In this document: positions 1 to 10,500 of the stretch, in pieces | Layout: every line of letters begins with the position of its first letter | Numbering within the stretch: position 1 is the first letter of the stretch | DNA from: Diplonema japonicum | Lineage: Eukaryota > Protista > Euglenozoa: Diplonemea | Assembly: GCA_964019335.1 (NCBI GenBank) | Contig: OZ025743.1 | Location: 310,001-374,000, forward strand | Direction of reading: 5' to 3' | Length of the DNA: 64,000 bases | Translations under genes and position numbers: made by a program | The notes under the pieces: model-generated | Databases searched by the model: none | The model's input: only the letters and a program-made list of their open reading frames with translations | Told to the model about the DNA's origin: nothing

Positions 1-2527
1 CCTCGGGACACACTTCCTCGTGGATCTTCTTCACGAGGCCCACCAGGTATTCACTTGCTTGCGTCCCGTCACTTGTTGTAAGCGTACTCACCAGAAGCAG
101 GTACTTCAAACGTTGAGAAAGGGCGTTGCACGTTGCTGCTGTCCTCACCTCTGCTCTTGTGTCCCAAGTGTCGCTGATGTTGAGAAATCCCACGATGCCC
201 TCCCCAGCTGCTGCAAATGTCTCCGTGTCGAAGCCCATTGTCTTGAGAGCGACAACACCAGAGGCCACTGCAGCAAGGTTGCCGAGAATGCTCTTCCCGA
301 TAACCCCACCCACCTTGGTGATGATCTCGTGGTCTGTTGCCGACGACGCGTGCATGAACACCTTGTACCTCTCCTTGTTCAGGCTTGTCACGAGTGCCCG
401 GAATTCATCTAGTTGTTGTCCTGCATCAGAGCCGATGCTGTCTCCTTCGTCGTACATGGCAAGCTGCACCACCAGGGAGGCCACCATACGGTACAGGTGG
501 ATGTTGTTCATCACCACGATGTCACTTGTATCACTGTCCCCCAACGACTGCCGCAGCGCCCTCAGAAGCTCACACACAGCCACCAACATGTACTCTGCCG
601 CAAGCTTGCTGCCCCACTGAACCTCGAGCAGTGACGAGAGCTTCACCTCGTTCAGCTTGAACCACTTCACGAAGGTCTGCAATCTTGCAACCCTGTCCCT
701 TGCCTCCGCGCACTGCGCTACATCTTTTGCCCGGCTCTCCAACCCCCTGAGGAAGGACAGGGTGTCCTTCGTGATGTCTTGCAATCCGTTTCGCGCGGGG
801 AGCTGGGGCCCTGCACTGAGGACGGCATCGGGGAGAAGTCCGATTGTGGCCAGCACAGCCAGATTGTGTTTGTACAGCTCGAGTGCATGCTGAGACATGT
901 TTGCCACCTGTGGGTCTGGGTAGGCACCAACCTCGTCCTGCAGTTTCGCGTTGTCGGCGTTGTACTGAGCCTCTGCTTTGATATCTTCTTCGTTTTCTAA
1001 TGTAAATCTGCACTCAGTCTCATTCAGTGGCACCTCCTCTTTGCACCCAGTCCCCTTCAGCAGTATGTTCAAATAGTACTCCGTGTGTCTGAAGGCCTTC
1101 ATCTGCGAAACGAGCAACGCCCCTTCTCCGTCGCTCCTCACAGTGTCCAACACCTCACGGCCCATCATCTCTGCTAGATTGCCGTCCAGCTCCCCGCTCT
1201 CGATCACCTCGTAGCAGGCAAGAACTGCCCTGTGCCGTATCTTCGCGCTGTTCGCACCGATTGTCCCCAGGAGTGCCGCCACCGTCTCTCTCACACCAAT
1301 CGCTGTCCTCTTTTTCGCCTCCTCGTTCAGGTCGGGGCTTCTCCCCTCTGCCAGCAGTGTTGTCAGTCTGCCAGGTGTCACGCGGCCACGCTTCAGGAGA
1401 TTCACCAAACACGTCACCATCGTCTCCCTCATCTGACCGGGGAACCGCGTGACCCCTTGCTGTTCCCCCAGCATTGGAAGCCTGTGGTACAGAACCCCGT
1501 TGCTGTGTACAAGGCTCTCCTCCCCTGCCTTGTTGCTTGGCTTCGAGACCACGACACGGGAAAACACCAGGAGGTCAGCAAGGGTCCCCGCCCACAAGGA
1601 CGCAGGAAGGGAGAGACTCGTTCCCTCGGGACACACTTGTCCGTGGATCTTCTTCACGAGGCTCACCAGGTGCACGTCAAGAGTAGGTGCTTGCGTCCCG
1701 TCACTTGTTGTAAGCGTACTCACCAGAAGCAGGTACTTCAGACGTTGAGAAAGTGCGTTGCACGTTGCTGCTGTCCTCACCTCTGCTCTTGTGTCCCAAG
1801 TGTCGCTGATGTTGAGAAATCCCACGATGCCCTCCCCAGCTGCTGCAAATGTCTCCGTGTCGAGAGCGACAACACCAGAGGCCACTGCAGCAAGGTTGCC
1901 GAGAATGCTCTTCCCGATAACCCCACCCACCTTGGTGATGATCTCGTGGTCTGTTGCCGACGACGCGTGCATGAACACCTTGTACCTCTCCTTGTTCAGG
2001 CTTGTCACGAGTGTCCGGAAGTCATCCAGTTGTTGTCCTGCATCAGAGCCGATGCTGTCTCCTTCGTCGTACATGGCAAGCTGCACCACCAGGGAGGCCA
2101 CCATACGGTACAGGTGGATGTTGTTCATCACTACGATGTCACTTGTGTTGCCCTCCGCACTGTCTTCCAGTGACTGTCGCAGCGTTCTCATAAGCTCGCA
2201 TGCAGAAAGGAGCAGGTGGTCCCGCGTTTTGTTTGTAGGCTTCTCATTGTTTACAGACTCAAGAAGTGTCGAGAGCTTCACCTCGCTCAGCCTGAGCCAC
2301 TCCACGTAAGCTGGCGCCCTTTCCGTCTTCATGAACCGCTTCACAGTTTTTCCTTTCTTCTGCAATGCGATGAGGAATGAGAGCCCATCTTCTGCTGCCG
2401 TCTGCTTGATAGTGGGAGCATGCCAGAAGTTCATCTGACCTGGTGTTGGTGTTGATGACGTGGTTAATGAAAAAAGAAAGACAGAAAACAAATGAACAAG
2501 TCGTAAAGCCGCTACGACTTGAACCAT
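1..2527 (-). CDS. Large unknown protein with ~539-aa internal tandem repeat (3'-partial, runs off window start)
   Basis: Manual translation shows one stop-free minus frame from ATG 2527 (alternative ATG 2434) to position 1. The block SDIVVMNNIHLYRMVASLVVQLAMYDEG...LKYLLLVSTLTTSDGTQA occurs twice, 1617 bp apart and in frame. Absent from the ORF track because there is no stop in the window. Confidence 0.75.
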   Translation of the reverse strand, partial: MVQVVAALRLVHLFSVFLFSLTTSSTPTPGQMNFWHAPTIKQTAAEDGLSFLIALQKKGKTVKRFMKTERAPAYVEWLRLSEVKLSTLLESVNNEKPTNKTRDHLLLSACELMRTLRQSLEDSAEGNTSDIVVMNNIHLYRMVASLVVQLAMYDEGDSIGSDAGQQLDDFRTLVTSLNKERYKVFMHASSATDHEIITKVGGVIGKSILGNLAAVASGVVALDTETFAAAGEGIVGFLNISDTWDTRAEVRTAATCNALSQRLKYLLLVSTLTTSDGTQAPTLDVHLVSLVKKIHGQVCPEGTSLSLPASLWAGTLADLLVFSRVVVSKPSNKAGEESLVHSNGVLYHRLPMLGEQQGVTRFPGQMRETMVTCLVNLLKRGRVTPGRLTTLLAEGRSPDLNEEAKKRTAIGVRETVAALLGTIGANSAKIRHRAVLACYEVIESGELDGNLAEMMGREVLDTVRSDGEGALLVSQMKAFRHTEYYLNILLKGTGCKEEVPLNETECRFTLENEEDIKAEAQYNADNAKLQDEVGAYPDPQVANMSQHALELYKHNLAVLATIGLLPDAVLSAGPQLPARNGLQDITKDTLSFLRGLESRAKDVAQCAEARDRVARLQTFVKWFKLNEVKLSSLLEVQWGSKLAAEYMLVAVCELLRALRQSLGDSDTSDIVVMNNIHLYRMVASLVVQLAMYDEGDSIGSDAGQQLDEFRALVTSLNKERYKVFMHASSATDHEIITKVGGVIGKSILGNLAAVASGVVALKTMGFDTETFAAAGEGIVGFLNISDTWDTRAEVRTAATCNALSQRLKYLLLVSTLTTSDGTQASEYLVGLVKKIHEEVCPE

Positions 2528-2688
2528 TAAAGGAAACGAAGCGCTAGATATCTCATAAGTTCCGCGATTTATTTCGATAAATTTTTGATAAATCTTCCAG
2601 TTTTCAAAAGGAAACACCCCATGGTGCTTAGGAAGTCACCAGAATTTATCCCAATCTTTGTTCGTCCTTTCTTCAGTTTTTTGCCTGC

Positions 2689-2775
2689 GGTGCCAACGAG
2701 GCTGCCATGGCTGAGTTTGTGGGAACCAGCGGCCCCCTCTCCATTGCTGTGGATGCCACGAAGTGCATTTTCTAC
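2689..2775 (+). pseudogene. Papain-family (C1A, cathepsin L-like) cysteine protease gene fragment
   Basis: Translates GANEAAMAEFVGTSGPLSIAVDATKCIFY, matching the C1A mid-domain E..MA..V...GP.S(I/V)AVDA motif. No catalytic Cys or His regions nearby. Confidence 0.6.
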
Positions 2776-3750
2776 GTACTGATGTCTGCACCAAGCACAC
2801 GGCACATCGTCGCCATGACCGGATCATGCGTGTGCCCTGGTAGCACTATGTTGAGAAGTGTTGGAGAAGACCTTGGTATGCGTTCTTTTTCTTTCAATCG
2901 ATTGTTATCGACGGCACTGGTCAAGCGACTGGCACCTTCCGAAGAAGGGCCTCCCACGTCCGCCGGGTTGAGCAGAGGATGCCCCGGTCTGATCATGTCG
3001 CATTATAATATATTTCTCATCTTCTAGAAGAAAATGAGATTTTTGCCCTCGTAGCTCGCCTGTACTGTTGCCGTCTCTCGACGTCACCCTTCGCCTTCCA
3101 CCCTTCCGAGTCAAGCTTGGCCATGATCCACGTGTTGTCGAAATCGAGGATGAGGGCGAACCGGACAAACCGCATGTGATCCCCGAGCTCCTCCGCGGTT
3201 TTAGGCTCCTCGCCGAGTACGTGCCTGCATACTCGTATCATGGCTTCTGGAGTCCACTCCCTCTCCCCTTCGACGACCCCGGCCGTCGCTAGTTTTGTGT
3301 GCGAGAGTTTGTCCTCCGCATTATGTCGAGAAGTGTTGGAGAAGACCGTGTCGCTATCTCGGTCCCCACAGTGCGTCCGTCACCGCTACATAGTTCTTGT
3401 TCCCAACCAGTTGCACTTGGACCTCTCTGCTGGTGTTGACGTCATACAAGCACAAAGCAGTGCGCTCCCTTTTAGTAGGTGGCGTGTCGACATTGCCATT
3501 ACCCCTTTTTTCTCAATGACACTGAAGGATATTTAAAGTCGCAAGTATAAATATATGCACATCACACGGGAAGGATATTTACATGCTATCTGAAGATAAT
3601 GTGTATGCGGGCTTCTCAGCGCTATGCTCGAACACCTCAGCCCTGCCTGAGGTGTGGCTGCCTCGGGAATGAGGCCTGGCAAATTATCAATGTCAACCCT
3701 TTCTTTTTTGATCGCGTTATCGGGGTGTGGTCATGTTCATTCGGGGGGTA

Positions 3751-4190
3751 GGGGGGGTCATATGGTCCTTAAAAAGGGCCACTTTTTGCCCTTTTTCAGG
3801 CTCTTCGCCAAGGGCATTTTTTGGGCCCTTAAGAAAACTGTAACCACAAAAGTGCCCACAAATCACCCAAACCCCCGTTTCCCGATGGTTTCCCCCAGAA
3901 GTGCCCAGAATCATGTTCTAATTTGGGGGGCCCCCGTTTGGTACTTTCCCTATGTAATCCTAGGGAACATAAAATAGGGGCCCCTAGGATTACATAGGGA
4001 AAGTACCAAACGGGGGCCCCAAAATTAGAACATGATTCTGGGCACTTCTGGGGCCGGAAACCATCGGGAAACGGGGGTTTGGGTGATTTGTGGGCACTTT
4101 TGGGGTGGTTACAGTTTTTTTAAGGGCCCAAAATGCCCTTGGCGAAGAGCCTGAAAAAGGGCAAATAACGACCCCCTTATGACCCCCCCC
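3751..4190. mobile_element. Foldback/MITE-like palindromic element
   Basis: Arms 3751-3965 and 3982-4190 are near-perfect reverse complements with a ~16-nt spacer. Termini are GGGGGGGTCATA / TATGACCCCCCCC, with TA on both flanks (3749-50, 4191-92). Confidence 0.8.
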
Positions 4191-4363
4191 TAGGGCTATG
4201 CTGGCAGGAAACGTGGAAACGTTTCCGTTTCCATACTTTTCAAAATTCTTATGGAAACGGCTTCCTTCTTAAGGAAACATAAGGAAACGTTTCCGTTTCC
4301 GTTTCCGTTTCCCTTTTTTTCAAAAAATGCATGGAAACGCGTTTCCATGCCAGCATAGCCCTA
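4191..4363. mobile_element. Small MITE with TAGGGCTATGCTGGCA TIRs (hAT-like termini)
   Basis: 16-bp perfect TIR TAGGGCTATGCTGGCA...TGCCAGCATAGCCCTA and many internal GGAAAC/GTTTCC subterminal motifs. Confidence 0.7.
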
Positions 4364-4397
4364 GGGGGGGGGGGTCTTTGTTCCCTGCCGTTCTGTG

Positions 4398-7358
4398 TCA
4401 TGTCACACCGTCGCTGAGAGCCTTGTTCGCATTAGCTTTACCTTCCGTGATGAGGACCTGCAATGCTTCGGTATGTCCTTTTTTAGTTGCCACGTCACAC
4501 GGGGTATAACCGTCCTTTCGGGCCTTGTTCACATCTGCTCCTCCTTCGGTGATGAGGATATGTAATGTGTCGGTGTGTCCGTTCTGAGATGCAATGTAAC
4601 ACGGGGTAGTACCGTCGTTGTTGGCCTTGTTCACATCTGCTCCTCCTTCAGTGATGAGGATACGTAATGTGTCGGTGTGTCCCTTCTGAGATGCAATGTA
4701 ACACGGGGTAGTACCGTTGTTGTTGGCCTTGTTCACATCTGCTCCTCCTTCAGTGATGAGGATACGTAATGCGTCGGTGTGTCCGTTCTGAGATGCAATG
4801 TAACACGAGGTATAACCGTTCTTGTCGGCCTTGTTCACATCTGCTCCTCCTTCAGTGATGAGGATACGTAATGTGTCGGTGTACCCGTTCTCAGATGCAA
4901 TGTGACACGAGGTATGACCGTTCTTGTCGGCCTTGTTCACATCTGCCCCTTCAGTGATGAGGATGCGTAATGTGTCGGTGTGCCCGTTCTGAGATGCAAT
5001 GTAACACGGGGTAGTACCGTCCCTGTCGGTCTTGTTCACATCTGCTCCTCCTTCAGTGATGAGGGTGCGTAATACGTTGGTGTGTCCGCCTTGAGCCGCC
5101 ATGAAACACGGGGTAATGCCATCTGTTGTTCTGGCCTTGTTCACATCAGCCTTTCCTTTCGTGATGAGGATGCGTAACGTGTCGGCTTGTCCGATCAAAG
5201 CCGCCACGGAACACGGGGTAGTACCATTCTTGTTGGCCTTGTTCACATCTGCTTTTCCTTCAGTGATGAGGACGCCCAATGCATCGGTGTGTCCCCATTC
5301 AGCCGCCAGGTAACACGGGGTCTTTTCCAAGTCGTTGTCGGCCTTGTTCACATCGACTTCTCCTTCAGTGATGAGGACACGCAATGCTTCGGTGTGTCCA
5401 TTGCGAGCCGCTTTCAAACACGGGGTAAGACCTTTCTTGTCGACCTTGTTCGCATCTGCCTTTCCTTCAGTGATGAGGATCCGCAAAGCGTCCACGCAGT
5501 CGTGTTCAGCGGCGACAGAGCACGCAGTGCTGCCAAACGCATCCACCGTATCCACCGCCAGCCTCCCAGAGAGGAGGACATCCTTCAGAAGGTCAGCACG
5601 ATTCCTTGCCGCCGCCGCATGAAGCACTGTCCACCCTTCCCGAGGTCCCTCTTCCTTGTGCACTCCCCAGAACCTGTCGCCAAGTGCCTCCACCACCTTG
5701 TCGAACACAGCCCGCTTGCAAGCACACGCAAGAAGCCCGACACCTGCTGTCTGCAGCTCGTCTCCTACGCCTCTGAGGTCAGCTCCCTTGCTCAGCAGCA
5801 CCGCCGCACTGTTGTCGTGGCTGCCGTTCTTGTTCACCCGCAACACTGCCGCGAGCGAAGCATTCAGGGCCTCAGAGTGACCTGCGGGTCCCAGGTTGGC
5901 ACAGCACAGCGACACCACCTGCTCGTTGTGCTCCAACTCTGCAGCCACCTCCAGCAGTGTCTTCCCGTCCACAACAGGCATTTCCGTGCTGGGTGGGTAG
6001 AAAACCCACTTTCCCTCGCGTGTCACCGGATGGACCTCAAAACGATTTTCAGCCAACACAACCTTCGTCTTGATGGTATCGAGGAGCCGTGCATTGCGAA
6101 CCTGCTCCACCTGTGTCATGATGTCGGCAAGCCTGCCCCAGTGATCGAAGTCCATTTCCTGAAGCTCCACCACCACCACGCGACGCAGGCTTGTGTCCAG
6201 CGCCACCTCCAGCAGACGCATCACACCAACATCAGGGCGCCCCACCACCCGGAACTGGGTGTTCGCTGCGATCAGAACTTCCTGTTCCTCGGGGAAGCGG
6301 CTGAACTGAGCGATGCTCCGACCCGTCTGCACCCGAAGAACGAGGATCGTCCCCTGAACCTCTTCATCTCCACCACCAACACCGTCACCCTTCCCAAGGA
6401 AGTCCTTCACCACCCCCGGATCCTCGCTTGCACTCGTGGGGTGAGGCATCGTCACCACCGCCCCCACAGAGTACAGCGACTCGCTCACCCGGAAGTCCAT
6501 CGCACGGAACACGGTCCCTGCGTACTTCGGCTGCGACACCATTGCTCGGTGCAGGGAATAGGCGAAGTCCTTCATCGGCTCGTAGCGCTGTCGCTCCCCA
6601 CGGAACGCCACCTCACGCATCGCCGCGTTCACCTCATAGCACAAGGGGCTCTCCAGTGTGTACAGCCGAAGGTACGGCTCCGACTTCCCTTCCACCTGCT
6701 GCACCGCCCACTCCGCAGTCATCTTCTGGAACACCCCACCAGCAGCCCGCTGAGCCGCTTTCAGTTTCACACACTTCGAGAGGTGCCGCTCCTTGCTCCC
6801 AGCGTTCAGAGCAGTCCCACACGCAGCGCACGTCACATACTTCTCGCACTCCGCCCCCATCGCAGCCTCCACAGTCGCCAGCATCGGCCTCGCACACGAC
6901 GCACCACCCTCGAAGAACTCGCTCCACCCTCGGTCCACGTCGATCTCGCCGAGCCCGTCGCTGTACCGGCTCACCCCTCCCTTCTTCACCACCCCTCCAG
7001 CCACCTTGAACGCCTTCACAGCCTTCTGCAGTTCTTTCCGCCCCTCCGACACCAGCGATAACACGCAGTCCCCCACACCGCGCTCCTCGCTTCGCTTCAG
7101 GAGCTTCTGCATCACAGCAATCACGCTGTGGCACAGGGCGTCGTGCCACCTCCCAAACGCCGCCTCCAGCTCCCTTCGTGTTGTCTCCACGGGCGTGCCG
7201 GCGGTGGTGCTGGTGGTGGTAGTAGCCGCACTGTTCTCCAACTGTCCACGCAGCTGCTCCACCGCTTCCCACGCTGTCCTCACAGCTCCCTCTCCTGCTG
7301 GAGGAGGCGACGACAGGGCCTTCGCAGCCTGCACACCAGATCCCGCAGTCGTTGCCAT
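4398..7358 (-). CDS. C2HC zinc finger + arginine-type ADP-ribosyltransferase (ARTC/R-S-E clade) + ankyrin repeat protein
   Basis: 986 aa. CAAC..HLSKC finger; ART motifs LYTLES..YEVN..MR, TVFRAM (R), PTSAS (STS-like), SRFPEEQEVL (ExE); at least 11 ankyrin repeats (TPCYIASQNGHTDTLRILITEGGADVNKA). Confidence 0.85.
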   Translation of the reverse strand: MATTAGSGVQAAKALSSPPPAGEGAVRTAWEAVEQLRGQLENSAATTTTSTTAGTPVETTRRELEAAFGRWHDALCHSVIAVMQKLLKRSEERGVGDCVLSLVSEGRKELQKAVKAFKVAGGVVKKGGVSRYSDGLGEIDVDRGWSEFFEGGASCARPMLATVEAAMGAECEKYVTCAACGTALNAGSKERHLSKCVKLKAAQRAAGGVFQKMTAEWAVQQVEGKSEPYLRLYTLESPLCYEVNAAMREVAFRGERQRYEPMKDFAYSLHRAMVSQPKYAGTVFRAMDFRVSESLYSVGAVVTMPHPTSASEDPGVVKDFLGKGDGVGGGDEEVQGTILVLRVQTGRSIAQFSRFPEEQEVLIAANTQFRVVGRPDVGVMRLLEVALDTSLRRVVVVELQEMDFDHWGRLADIMTQVEQVRNARLLDTIKTKVVLAENRFEVHPVTREGKWVFYPPSTEMPVVDGKTLLEVAAELEHNEQVVSLCCANLGPAGHSEALNASLAAVLRVNKNGSHDNSAAVLLSKGADLRGVGDELQTAGVGLLACACKRAVFDKVVEALGDRFWGVHKEEGPREGWTVLHAAAARNRADLLKDVLLSGRLAVDTVDAFGSTACSVAAEHDCVDALRILITEGKADANKVDKKGLTPCLKAARNGHTEALRVLITEGEVDVNKADNDLEKTPCYLAAEWGHTDALGVLITEGKADVNKANKNGTTPCSVAALIGQADTLRILITKGKADVNKARTTDGITPCFMAAQGGHTNVLRTLITEGGADVNKTDRDGTTPCYIASQNGHTDTLRILITEGADVNKADKNGHTSCHIASENGYTDTLRILITEGGADVNKADKNGYTSCYIASQNGHTDALRILITEGGADVNKANNNGTTPCYIASQKGHTDTLRILITEGGADVNKANNDGTTPCYIASQNGHTDTLHILITEGGADVNKARKDGYTPCDVATKKGHTEALQVLITEGKANANKALSDGVT

Positions 7359-7506
7359 GGTTTTCTTCTTTTTTTTCTCGTGTTATTCTGTGTGGGTGTG
7401 TGTGTGGAGATGGGGTGAGGGTTTATGTAAACCACGAGCACAAGTTATTACTGACGAATATAAATAAAGTGTAACTGGTTCCCCCTACCTACCCCCCTTC
7501 CCCCCC

Positions 7507-10500
7507 TCACCCATGACCCTTGACCCCTTCGCGAAAGCGTTGGAGAGCCTGGGGACGCATGTCCTGGACCTCCTTGTGGTTCCTCAGCGTAGTGTTCACG
7601 ATGCAGCCGCCTACCGAGTCCTTGGAACACATCGGGTAGGCACAGACATCGCATAAGAACACCCCGCCGTGTTCCTTGAGAGAGGTGAGGAGCTGTGGAC
7701 TGAGAGGTGTTGTGGTAACTGCAAGGCTCCACGGCTCAGAGAACGCGTAAAAGGAAGCAACCTGTGCCAGGTGTGGGAGCCACACCGAGGGAGGCTCCAC
7801 CATCATCGGGCACGGGGTCTTTGACTGGCGCGGGATGGAGACAGCCCCACAAGGACAACAACACCATGAAGGGGTGTGGCGGTGGGGGCGGGGCAGAGCC
7901 TGCTTGCTCACCGCACAGCCACCGCTGCCGCTACCGAGGAAGTCCAAGAAGTAGAGAAGCGTCAGGAAGTGAGGCCTGCTATCGTACTGCCGCATCAGCG
8001 GCACAAGCTCGGGAAACCTCCAAAAGTACAACGAGGCCCGCAGCCCCTCCATCCCGTACACCACCACCAAATAAAGCACAGCGATGCACAAGGGACGGTC
8101 CCCCTGCCCAATGATGAGCACTTTGGAACCTTGCCTCAGGCACTTCTTCCGGATCGTCTGCAGAGTGTTCACAAGTGCTTCCCTGACAGGCTTGCAGGTT
8201 GGCGTTGAAGGTTTCGGGACGGAACAACGCACAACAGGAAGGGATCCTGTGGGGGTGATGCTCGAGGCTAGAGCAGAACCGAGATAATCTACCGCCTCAG
8301 GCTCGACACCCGGCAGGCTGCCTTTCAAGAGGCTGACGTGGTATGTGAACTTTATGTCAGGTATCGCCGCCTGCTTGCTGCCGGGGGAAACGTTGGTAAC
8401 GTAGAGGTTGGGGGCCACCTCCAGAGGGTTCACTGTAGTGGTTTCGTCGGTGGCAGGGTCAGTGGAGTGCACGCCTGTCCCCGACCGAGGGGCCAACCAC
8501 CGCAAATCGGACAACGTGACGGACGAAGACCTTATGCGCGTGATCTTGTCCCTCTCCCGAGGTGCTGCTGCTGCTGCTGCTGCGCCATGCAGGACGTTGC
8601 CCGAGGCCACCACAGAGCAGGAGGATGGGAACTCCATCCGCTTGATGTCGGATACAGTAGGCCTCGAGCAAGGGTCGCGCACAAGATGCATTTTGAGGTA
8701 CTTTGGAAAAGCCTTTCCGGCCCTCTCCAGGCACTCTTCCGCTTCAGCAGTCAGGATGCTCGTCCCGGGGTCCGTCAGCAGCGAGAAGAATTCACCGAAG
8801 TTTTCCGGATCGAAGAGATACTTCCCCGACACCACCTCGTAGAGCATGCAGCCTAGGCCCCAGACGTCGATTTTCTCGCTCGGGAAAGCATCGTTCAGCC
8901 GCCGCCTGTCGTAGTCCTTGTGGTACGTCCTCACAACCTCTGGGGGGCGGATGCACTCCGTGCCCCTTGCACGCTTCCGGAATCTTTCACCTTCAGTTGT
9001 GTACAGGGCCTCCCCGAAGTCGGCAAGGCAGATGGACACCTCCGAGGACAGGAGAATGTTGCCGCACTTGATGTCAAAGTGGATCACAGACTTCTTGTGG
9101 ATGTACTCAACCGCGTCCAGGGCCTGCAGGTACATCTCTCTCAGGTTCTTCGGAACACCGTGCGTGGCTCTGTATGCCTTTAGGGAGATCGGCCAGAGAG
9201 GGGTCACGATGGTGAAGGAATAAGTCTCGTCGAGACCGAAGTCGAGGAGCTCCAGGACAAGCCCCCCGGAGTCCTTCAGGTCTGTCATGATGGCTACTTC
9301 GCTGACGAGATCTGGTACGTTGTCGCCGCCGGTCGGGATTTGCTTTACTGCAACGATTGTGGCGCCCTTCGAACCCACCGCCTCGCACATAGCCACGGAC
9401 CCGAACCCGCCGCAGCCAGCCTTCCCACGTGTCTTGAACCATCTCCCATTCCCCGCACCGTTGTACAACGCTTTGAGGAGGATCTCCGCACGGTCCCGCA
9501 CCCTATTCCCGAGCTTTTTCAACGCTTTCAACACCATGCACACAACCCTGTCGTTCTCAGGATGGTTCAGATGCTCGGCAAGCACCCCGAAGGTCTCCCG
9601 ACCGTACCTCGAGTCAACGGCTCCCTTGGGGTCGGGGTCGACTACGATGACGAGAATCGTGAGCACCACCCACTTGTGCACCTTCGTGTGCGTGTAGAGG
9701 GGCCGCAGGGACTTCTCGTAGTCTCTGTACGCGTCCGGGTCGGACAGAACTTCTTGAGAAAGTGCTGCATCTCTGTTCTTCTGTTTCTTCATTGCAGCAG
9801 CAGCAGCAGGCACTGCTGCTTTTCGAACGGACGAAGGTGCCGATAGTGCGGACATCATCATGGGCGGGGTAACACCCCATGACGATGCAGCAGCATTCCG
9901 CAGCTGCAGCACAGGAATCAACGGCTTGTTCTTGCCCACCGACAACGGCAGCGGCAGCGGCAGCGGCGGCAGAGTGGTCGACGACGGGGTCGCCACATTG
10001 ACGTCCGGCTCCTCAGCCTCCTCTTCCACGAGGCACGTGCGGCGATCTTCGCTTGTTGACTCCAAGCACACCTCTTCTAGCAAGATGCCAAGAAGCCCCA
10101 GCTGACCCACCTTCGTCTTCACATACCCACCGCGGCAGAGCATCACGGCAAGGCACTTCAAATGCATTCGGCACAGTTTTTCATTCGAGTAAACTGCATC
10201 ACCCCCACCAAGGTAACTATTGTGATACATTTGCAGTGAGGCGACAAAGTGCAGCCTGGCATAGCTCGCGGTGGCGGACTTGTCGCACAAGGGGGTGGGG
10301 CTCTTCGAAGCCAGGAGAGCGAGGACAAGCTTCAACAGGGTAATCTTCACGCGTGTGAAGGAGAACAAATCAGAGTGCACCAGCCACAGTGGAACGAGGC
10401 CTACGTAAGGCGAGACGAGAAAATCCAAGCTTTTCAGGTTGGGGCGACTGGACTGGTCGGCTGACTTCACGTAGGCCAACCAAAACTCGCAAAGTACCTC

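Noticed and set aside
3605-3685. HDV-like ribozyme in GC hairpins
   Set aside because: Two hairpins are visible but the nested double pseudoknot could not be built.
4430-5480. CRISPR-like repeat array (also 55540-55930)
   Set aside because: These are coding ankyrin and LRR repeats with no unique spacers, in a eukaryotic context.
5187-7061. Long plus-strand ORFs (624 aa here; also 27560-28786, 30078-31745 and others)
   Set aside because: Antisense shadows of GC-rich minus-strand genes, with no recognisable motifs.
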